NCBI GenBank assembly: GCA_965223845.1
Contig: CBDCXR010000004.1
Span: 320,001 to 384,000 of the forward strand
DNA: 64,000 nt
Source of the DNA: Planctomycetota bacterium
GTDB lineage: Bacteria > Planctomycetota > UBA8108 > SXIK01
Direction of reading: 5' to 3'
Positions 54,568 through 61,614 of the stretch are shown piece by piece. The translations under genes were made by a program, and so were the position numbers. Below the pieces are notes generated by a model that saw only the letters and a list, made by a program, of their open reading frames with translations, did not search any database and was not told the DNA's origin. Positions within the stretch are counted from its first letter, which is position 1. Each line of letters starts with the position of its first letter.

Positions 54568-55249
54568 GCAACAACAACTGCGGGAGCAGATCGCAGCAAA
54601 GCAGCTCGAGCTGCAGCGGCTCGAGGACGAGCTCCACTCCGCGGGGATCGGCACGGGACCGGAAGCCTGGCAGCCGACGGGCTTCTACACCGCGTACTAC
54701 CTCCTCGCCGGCGGGCTCCTCGGATTCGTCGCCGCCTGGGCGGCGCTCGCGTGCAACGTCGTCGGCGCCGCCTTCGTCGGGCTCGACGACCCGCTTCGCC
54801 TCCTTCGCGTCTACTCGACGATCATCGGCGGAGAGCGAACGGTGGAGAGCACGGAGGCTGTCGTCCTCGTATTCGCGATCGGGCTTCACACCGCGACGGG
54901 GATGGTCTGCGGGGCGCCGATCCACGTCGTTCTCAGTCGGTTTTTCCCCCCGCTCGGCCCCGTGGTTCGCATCGGCATCGGGGTCGCCCTCGGTCTCGCG
55001 ATGTGGATCATCAACTACTACGGGATCCTGTCGTGGCTCCAGCCACTCATCGACGGTTCGGACGAAAGCTATATCGTGAAGACGATTCCCGCGGGAGTCG
55101 CCGCTAGTACACACGTCGTCTTCGCGGTGATCGTGACGCTGCTCCAGCCTCTCGCGCGCTTCGATCCGAAGACGTATCGATGGACGCCGGCTACGGCGGA
55201 GACGAGCGATGTAGATCCCGCGCCCGAGAGCGGCGACCCCGGCGAGTAG
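54560..55249 (+). CDS. Uncharacterised 4-TM membrane protein with His in TM segments
   Basis: GGAG RBS; hydrophobic helices with GLHTATG and STHVVF; coupled to the neighbouring genes. Confidence 0.75.
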   Translation: MNEQQQLREQIAAKQLELQRLEDELHSAGIGTGPEAWQPTGFYTAYYLLAGGLLGFVAAWAALACNVVGAAFVGLDDPLRLLRVYSTIIGGERTVESTEAVVLVFAIGLHTATGMVCGAPIHVVLSRFFPPLGPVVRIGIGVALGLAMWIINYYGILSWLQPLIDGSDESYIVKTIPAGVAASTHVVFAVIVTLLQPLARFDPKTYRWTPATAETSDVDPAPESGDPGE

Positions 55250-55251
55250 AG

Positions 55252-57537
55252 ATGAGCCCTGACGCCGTCTCCTATTGCTCGCTCTGCGGACTTCCCTATC
55301 GAAGCGCGGAGTCGAGTTCGTCGGGAGACGACGGGTATTGCTGCTACGGGTGTTCTCTCGTGGATTCCCTCACGCGCGGTCGCGGGGGAGACGGTCACGG
55401 GGGAGACGGGGGCGACCCGGCCGAGCGAGCAGCGCAGTGGATTCTCGCTCGTATCTTCCTCGGCGTGTTCTTCGCGATGGGGGTGATGGTCTTCTCCCTC
55501 GCACTCTACGCCGACGTCTCGTACGGGGACGGCGTCGACGGCCACGCTCTCGGACCGCTCGCACCGGCGTTCGGCTGGCTCGCGATGATCTTCGCGACGC
55601 CCGCCGTCCTCCTCCTCGGCGGTCCCCTGCTGATCCAGACGATGGGAATCACCTTGCGCGGTCGTCCGCTCCTTCGGGCGCTGACGCCGAACCCCGTTGC
55701 GGCGCTGATCGGAATCGGCTCACTCTCCGCCTACGTGCTTTCGGTCGTTCATCTCGTCAGCGGGCGCGGTGAGGTGTACTTCGACACCGCCGTGATGATT
55801 CTTCTCCTCCTCACCGCCGGGCGCTTTCTCGAAGCGAGAGCGCGCGCGCGTTTCGCCGGTGAGAGACGAAAGCTCGAGGCGTTCTCCCCGGGCCCGGCCC
55901 GTCGCGTCGCTCCGGACGGAACGACCGCACCGATCGCCATCGAATCGCTCCGGCGCGGCGATCACGTCGCGGTCGTCGCGGGCGAGACGTTCCCCGTCGA
56001 CGGACGCGTGGTCGAGGGCCGCGTCAGCGTCGATCCGTCTCTCGTCACCGGCGAGAGCCGGTCCGAGGATTGCCGGCCCGGTGCGAAAGTTTTCGCCGGT
56101 ACGGTTTGCCTCGATGGCTCCTGCGTCGTCGAAGCGACGGAGCTCGCCGGCGAGCGTCTCGTCGATCGCATCCGCGGGCTCGTCGCCGCCGCTCACCTCG
56201 GCCCGCGGATGGAGCGGAGCACGGCGCGGTGGTCGAGGCGTGTGCTCGTCGGTACGCTCTTGGCCGCGGCAGCGACGTTCGGTTACTGGCTCATCGCTTC
56301 CGATTGGATCTCGGCGCAGGAGAACGCTCTCGCTGTCCTCTTGATCGCGTGTCCCTGTGCCGTCGGGGTCGCGGCTCCGCTCTCCGTCCACGTCGCGCTC
56401 GTGCGCGCGGCGCGCCGGGGAATCCTCGTCCGAGACGGCTCCTGTCTCGAAGATCTCGGCCGCGCGAGAACCGTTCTCTTCGACAAGACGGGCACTCTCA
56501 CCGAGCGCGAGCTCGAAGTGAGCTCGATTCACGCATTCGCCGGCGAGCGGGACGAGGTCGTCCGTGTCGCGTCGTCGCTCGGTCGCGAGTCGACGCATCC
56601 GGCTTCGCGCGCCGCGGCGCGCACCGGCGCTCGAGTCGAGGCGAACGCACCGAGACTTCGCGGCGTCGGCGCGGTCGCGGGTCGCGGCATCGCTGCGGAG
56701 CTCGACGGTGAGCCCGCCACTCTCGGCAGCCTCGAGTTCGTTTCCGCACGACACGGCAGAGGAACGGCGGGCGGCTCTTTCGCGCAGCGTCTCCGTGACT
56801 TCGAGGGATCGCTCGACCCCGGTGAGAGCGCGGTCTTCGTGGCTCGGGGCGAAGAATTGGCGGGGGCGATCCGACTCCGCGAATCGCTCCGACCCGAGGC
56901 GAGCCCAGTCGTCCGCGAGCTCGAGGGCGCCGGACTCGAAGTGCGGGTGATCACCGGCGACCGCGTCGAGCGCGGGCGCGAGGTCGCGGGAAGACTCGGA
57001 GTGCGCGCGAGCGGGGGACTGAGTCCGACGGCGAAGCTCGCCGAGCTCGACGAGGAGATCGAGCGCGGCGCAGTTCCCATCGTCGTCGGTGACGGAATGA
57101 ACGACGCGCCGGCGCTCGGCCGCGCACCGGTCGGAGTCGCGCTCGCGGACTCGGCGGACGTCGCCGCGGTTGCCGCCGACATCGTCATCGCCGATTGGCC
57201 CGGCCGGCGTGAGCTCGAGGCGATTCCTTTTCTCGTCGAGCTCGGTCGCGTGACCCGGCGTCGAATCCGGTTCAGCCTCGCGTGGGCGTTCGGATACAAC
57301 GCAATCGGAATCCCGTTCGCGGCGCTCGGCTTTCTCCATCCCCTTCTCGCGGCGGTGTTGATGCTCGTCTCGGGGATCGGGACGATGGCGATCGCCGCGG
57401 GCGGCCGCCCGCTCGCCAGCGGCGGCGAATCCACGGGGAGCGCGCGAAGCCCGAGCGCAGACGATCGACTCGCGGACGACACTCCCGCCTCGATCGGGTC
57501 GCCTCTCTCCATTCCGGCTGGGGTGGGCGAGCGATGA
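55252..57537 (+). CDS. ccoI: Cu-translocating P1B-type ATPase, CcoI/FixI-like
   Basis: N-terminal CSLCG...CCYGC; YFD, TGES, ACPCA, DKTGTLT, HP, GDGMND, YN motifs; lies in the cco operon. Confidence 0.88.
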   Translation: MSPDAVSYCSLCGLPYRSAESSSSGDDGYCCYGCSLVDSLTRGRGGDGHGGDGGDPAERAAQWILARIFLGVFFAMGVMVFSLALYADVSYGDGVDGHALGPLAPAFGWLAMIFATPAVLLLGGPLLIQTMGITLRGRPLLRALTPNPVAALIGIGSLSAYVLSVVHLVSGRGEVYFDTAVMILLLLTAGRFLEARARARFAGERRKLEAFSPGPARRVAPDGTTAPIAIESLRRGDHVAVVAGETFPVDGRVVEGRVSVDPSLVTGESRSEDCRPGAKVFAGTVCLDGSCVVEATELAGERLVDRIRGLVAAAHLGPRMERSTARWSRRVLVGTLLAAAATFGYWLIASDWISAQENALAVLLIACPCAVGVAAPLSVHVALVRAARRGILVRDGSCLEDLGRARTVLFDKTGTLTERELEVSSIHAFAGERDEVVRVASSLGRESTHPASRAAARTGARVEANAPRLRGVGAVAGRGIAAELDGEPATLGSLEFVSARHGRGTAGGSFAQRLRDFEGSLDPGESAVFVARGEELAGAIRLRESLRPEASPVVRELEGAGLEVRVITGDRVERGREVAGRLGVRASGGLSPTAKLAELDEEIERGAVPIVVGDGMNDAPALGRAPVGVALADSADVAAVAADIVIADWPGRRELEAIPFLVELGRVTRRRIRFSLAWAFGYNAIGIPFAALGFLHPLLAAVLMLVSGIGTMAIAAGGRPLASGGESTGSARSPSADDRLADDTPASIGSPLSIPAGVGER

Positions 57538-58247
57538 GTGGGCTCGAGCTCGGCTGGGTCTGGCTCGCCGCGGTCGGCGCCGCCTTTGCGGGTTCGCCGC
57601 ATTGTGCAGGCATGTGCGGACCGTTCGTGCTGTCGTGCGCAGCGGGAGGACGCGGCGCCGTTCGCTCGTCGCCCGTCTTCTACCTCGCGGGGAAAACGAC
57701 GACCTATCTGACTCTCGGAGCGCTCGCGGGCTGGGGAGGCCAATCGCTCGCGCGGCTCGGACGGCCGAGCACGATCGCACTCGGAATCCTCGCGGCCGTC
57801 TCGTTCGGAGGACTCGGACTCCACCAGCTCGGATTCCGGCCCCGAATTCGCGTACCGCTCTCTGCGAACGTGCGCGGGGCGTTCGCCGCCGCGTTCCGCG
57901 GAGTCGACGCGCTCCCGTTCGGAATTCGATCCGTGGGCATCGGCGCTCTCAGCGGACTTCTTCCCTGCCCGCTCGTCGCGGCATTTCTGCTGGCCGCTGG
58001 CGCGAGTGGATCCGTTGTCCACGCGCTCGTAATCGCGTCGGGGCTCGCCCTCGGAACTGCCCCGGCGCTGCTAGCCGTCGCGTGGATCCACGGCTGGATC
58101 TCCGCTCGCGCGCGAACTCGCTGGCTCGGCTTGAGCGGAGCATTTCTCCTCGCCCTCGCCGCGTACACCGCGTACCGAACGATCGCGGAACCGCCCTGCT
58201 GCGAACTCGCCCCACCCCCGCCAACCTCGCTCGGCTCGGCGAACTAA
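57534..58247 (+). CDS. DsbD_2/TauE-like membrane protein (cbb3 biogenesis cluster)
   Basis: S.HCAGMCGP, Y.AGK..TY..LGA..G, G.LPCPLV, LGTAP motifs. Confidence 0.85.
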   Translation: MSGLELGWVWLAAVGAAFAGSPHCAGMCGPFVLSCAAGGRGAVRSSPVFYLAGKTTTYLTLGALAGWGGQSLARLGRPSTIALGILAAVSFGGLGLHQLGFRPRIRVPLSANVRGAFAAAFRGVDALPFGIRSVGIGALSGLLPCPLVAAFLLAAGASGSVVHALVIASGLALGTAPALLAVAWIHGWISARARTRWLGLSGAFLLALAAYTAYRTIAEPPCCELAPPPPTSLGSAN

Positions 58248-58312
58248 CCGAGGAAGCTGGCGCAAGCCTCGACGCGAGTCGAAGAGAACGCGCGAACACC
58301 ATCGCGCGCCCG

Positions 58313-58473
58313 TCCACACACACTCTCACCCTTCCCTACCCGTTCTCTCTCTCTCTCCTCTCCCTCTTACTCCTACTCCTATTTCTACTCTTCCTCTTAC
58401 TCCTACTCCTACTCCTACTCTTCCCCTTCCTCTTCCTTCGTGTCCTTCGTGCCCTTCGTGTTCAAACTCTCCC
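58313..58473. repeat. Polypyrimidine/low-complexity tract: (CA)n, (CT)n, TACTCC repeats and three CTTCGTGYY units
   Basis: No G on the + strand from 58343 to 58439; CTTCGTGTC CTTCGTGCC CTTCGTGTT at 58436-58462. Confidence 0.92.
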
Positions 58474-58489
58474 GAGAACGAGAGAAAAC

Positions 58490-59971
58490 CTAGCCCGTAA
58501 CCATAGGAAGAGAAAGCGTAACAACCGCCCCGCCCGCCGGAGCGTTCTCGATGCGCACCGAGCCCCGGTGAAGCTCGGCGATCCGCTTCGCGATCGGAAG
58601 CCCCAGTCCGGTTCCCGCACCTTTCGTCGTGAAGAACGGCTCGAACGCGCTCGTGCGCGCCGCCTCCGAGAACCCCCGTCCCGTGTCCTGGACCGCGATG
58701 TCCAAGCCGTCCGGGTCGTTCGAGCGCTTCTGCGTCGTGACGGTGATCGTCCCCGATCCATCCATCGCCTGGCGAGCGTTGACGAAGAGATTGAGGAGAA
58801 CGGATCGGATCATCTCGGGGTCGCACTCGACGCTCACGCGCTCGGCGGACACGCTGAACTCGATGCCGCTGAATTCGGCGTCCGAACGTGCGAGCGAGAC
58901 CGTTTCCTCGATGAGGACGTCGACGGGTACGCTCCGCGTCACCGGCATCTTCGGCTTCGCGAAAGTGAGGATATCGTCGACGCTAGCGTTTAGGGCGAGG
59001 ACGCGATCGATCGTCTCACCGATGATCTCGCGGTCGGCCTTCGAGCTCGATCTTCCCTCGAGCACTCGCAGGACGCCTACGATGCCGGTGAGCGGGTTTC
59101 GGATTTCGTGCGCGACGACCGCCGAAATCTCACCGAGGCGAGCGAGGCTCCGCTGTCGGAGGAGCTCGGATTCGATCTCCCGTTCGCGTGTCCGATCGCG
59201 GATGATTCCAGTGAAGAACCGGCGGTCGCCGAGCCGAAGCTCGCTCACGGCGAGACTGACGGGAAACACTGTGCCGTCCTTTCGGTGCGCGTCGACGTTT
59301 CGGCCGATGCCGATGATCTTCCGCTCGCCCGTCTGAAGGTAGGCTCTCAGGTAGTCGTCGTGTTCTTCGGCGACCGGCGATGGCATGAGGCAATTGACGT
59401 TTCGTCCGACGAGCTCCTCGGGATCGTAGCCGAAGAGCGTTTGACACGCACGGTTCGCGCTCTCGATCGTCCCGCGTTCGTCGATCGTGATGATCGCGTC
59501 GACCGCGGCGTCCACGATCGCTCGGACGCGCGCGGACTGCTCGTCGGCGACACGCTTCGACCGTTCGCTCTCCGTCAGATCGCGCTGAATCGACAGGTAG
59601 TACTTGGGCGTGCCGTCGACTGAAAGGATCGGGACGACGTTCCACTCGACGGTGTACTCCGTCCCGTCCTTCCGATAGTTCGTGGTCTTCCCCTGGAACG
59701 GACGGCCGTCGACGAGCGCCCGGCGCATCTCGTCGAGAGTCCGGCGTTCGGTTTTCGGGCCCTGGAGCACCCGGGGAGTCTGGCCGAGGATCTCGCTCGG
59801 TGAGTATCCGGTGACGCGCTCGAACGTCTCGTTGACGTAGACGATCTCCGGCCCCGGCGGCTCGAGCTGTGCGGTGGTGACGACACAGACGAGGTCGCCC
59901 ACGGCGTCGAGCGCGGCGAGGGCGACCTCGAGCCGGTCGGAGTCGGGAATGTTCGACGGTCGGTGGAGCAC
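58490..59971 (-). CDS. Cytoplasmic PAS-PAS sensor histidine kinase (LOV-like PAS plus FixL-type heme PAS)
   Basis: IVYVN..F.R.TGY...EILGQTPRVLQG; GRNVNCLMP.....EHD.YL..Y..TGERKIIGIGR; VAHEIRNPL; N, G1, F and G2 boxes. Start codon uncertain. Confidence 0.9.
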   Translation of the reverse strand: MLHRPSNIPDSDRLEVALAALDAVGDLVCVVTTAQLEPPGPEIVYVNETFERVTGYSPSEILGQTPRVLQGPKTERRTLDEMRRALVDGRPFQGKTTNYRKDGTEYTVEWNVVPILSVDGTPKYYLSIQRDLTESERSKRVADEQSARVRAIVDAAVDAIITIDERGTIESANRACQTLFGYDPEELVGRNVNCLMPSPVAEEHDDYLRAYLQTGERKIIGIGRNVDAHRKDGTVFPVSLAVSELRLGDRRFFTGIIRDRTREREIESELLRQRSLARLGEISAVVAHEIRNPLTGIVGVLRVLEGRSSSKADREIIGETIDRVLALNASVDDILTFAKPKMPVTRSVPVDVLIEETVSLARSDAEFSGIEFSVSAERVSVECDPEMIRSVLLNLFVNARQAMDGSGTITVTTQKRSNDPDGLDIAVQDTGRGFSEAARTSAFEPFFTTKGAGTGLGLPIAKRIAELHRGSVRIENAPAGGAVVTLSLPMVTG

Positions 59972-60199
59972 GTCGGGCTCGACGAATGGGAGTCGTGAGT
60001 TTGCGGGCGGCGCGGAAGCGAAACCCCGCACGCGGGTGTGAGCAAGCAGCGGGCCAATCCACTCGGTTTCGGTACCGTCGGCGACGCGGTTCGTCCGCGC
60101 GGAGACGATTTCGGCTGAGTATCGCGCAAATCTGCATGAGGTGGGGAAAATTCCCCGCGGCCTCGTCAGACGCACGCGACATCTCCCGGGGAAACCGGA

Positions 60200-60214
60200 T
60201 GGCACGGTACGTGC
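60200..60214 (+). promoter_or_regulatory. sigma54 (-24/-12) promoter for the USP gene
   Basis: TGGCACGGTACGTGC has one mismatch to TGGCACG-N4-TTGC and lies about 105 bp upstream of ATG 60318. Confidence 0.72.
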
Positions 60215-60317
60215 GATTCCAGAGAAACAGCCGACCGCACGCGACGTGCGACGGATTCGCGCGCGAACGCCGGTCGAAGTCCCCGGGCGGGTCCGGGCCT
60301 AAACGGAGGGCCGAACG

Positions 60318-61226
60318 ATGCTGTCGAAGATCCTAGTGCCGACCGATTTCTCCGAGCGCGCGCGCGCCGTGTATCCCGCCGTCGCCGACTACTGCCGGAA
60401 ACGCGATGCCGAGCTCGTTCTCGCGCACTCCGTGCAGTCGATCCTTCCTATCTATTCGCTCCATGCGCGAGGCGTGGCGGTCGACGTACCGGCGGAGTCC
60501 TTCGTCGCGGGCGTCGCCGATGAACTGAAGAAGGAAGCGACGCGCGACGTGTTCGACGGGGTGAAGCTCGCGACGGAGCTCGTCTACCACTCCGACCCGA
60601 TGGCGGAGCTCGGGCGATTTGTCGCGCGGGAGAAGATCGACCTCTGCGTGACGACGACCCACGGGCGATCCGCGATCGGTCGCTTCCTTCTCGGAAGCTA
60701 CGCGAAGCGGCTTCTCCGTGAGATGTCGTGCCCCGTACTCGTCTGGCGGGGGACCGGGACGACGCTTCAGTTCGAGCGCGTCGTCGTTCCGTTCGACTTC
60801 TCGACGAACAGCCGCGCAGTTCTGCCTCAGGTGAAGCTCTGGTCGGAACTTTTCGGAAGTCGGTTCACGTTCGTTCACGTCGTCGAACCGTTTCCGTACA
60901 CCTTGAGCGACGCTCCCGGAACGGAGGCGCTCGTCGCGATCGAACGGTCGATGGCGGCGGCTCCAGAGCGTGCGCAGGTGGCCTTCGACGATCTCTCCGC
61001 GGAAGCGCTCGGCGGAATCGAGCACGACTGCAAGGTCTGCGCCGGCAATCCGGCCGAGGAGATCGTGAAGACGGCCGAGGCGACGAACGCCGACCTGATC
61101 CTCACCGCGACGCACGGCGCCACCGGATGGACGCGTCTTGCGCTCGGAAGCGTCGCCGAGCACGTCGTCGCGACGGCGCCGTGTTCCGTAATGACGGTGC
61201 GCTCGCGTCCCGAAGAGGCCGAGTGA
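60318..61226 (+). CDS. Universal stress protein with tandem USP domains
   Basis: KILVPTDFS...THGR......LGS....L.....PVLV and VVVPFDFS...THG.TG.....LGSVAE.VV..APCSVMTV; GGAGG RBS. Confidence 0.95.
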   Translation: MLSKILVPTDFSERARAVYPAVADYCRKRDAELVLAHSVQSILPIYSLHARGVAVDVPAESFVAGVADELKKEATRDVFDGVKLATELVYHSDPMAELGRFVAREKIDLCVTTTHGRSAIGRFLLGSYAKRLLREMSCPVLVWRGTGTTLQFERVVVPFDFSTNSRAVLPQVKLWSELFGSRFTFVHVVEPFPYTLSDAPGTEALVAIERSMAAAPERAQVAFDDLSAEALGGIEHDCKVCAGNPAEEIVKTAEATNADLILTATHGATGWTRLALGSVAEHVVATAPCSVMTVRSRPEEAE

Positions 61227-61264
61227 GAAGCCCTTCGCGAGAGCGTGCGGCAGCGAGTTAGAAA

Positions 61265-61291
61265 CCCGCTCGCGACGGCGTCGCGAGCGGG
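61265..61291. terminator. GC-rich hairpin downstream of the USP gene (no U tract)
   Basis: CCCGCTCGCGAC-GGC-GTCGCGAGCGGG, a perfect 12-bp stem. Confidence 0.5.
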
Positions 61292-61614
61292 CAACCTCGG
61301 CGACCGCACGGTGGAAGCGTACGGCCACCCCCTCGTGATCGGACGAGTCTTCTCGTTTGCGTGCCCCTGATCGGACTACACTCCGAGTTGTGCCGCTCGA
61401 ATCGGTGTCCGAGGGCGACGGGAGACACGTCCGAAGTCCCGCACACCGAGCACTCCACCGACTTCGCTACGAGGCGGCGGCGCCGGGGGGCCGTGACCGT
61501 GGCCCGTGACCGAGCGCGTCCGGCTATACTCGTGGTCGCCGGCCCGCCCGCGGAGGACCGGTCGGAGGCGTCACTCGAAACGAGTCGAGGACGTGCGGCC
61601 CGGGGAGAGAACGT

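Noticed and set aside
57602-58993. ORFs crossing the pyrimidine tract that give a poly-Leu 'TM' or (GV)n peptide
   Set aside because: These are translation artefacts of low-complexity DNA and overlap two well-supported genes.
61227-61614. 388-bp intergenic region as a possible ncRNA or riboswitch
   Set aside because: Only one GC hairpin is visible and I recognised no family motif; an Rfam search would be needed.
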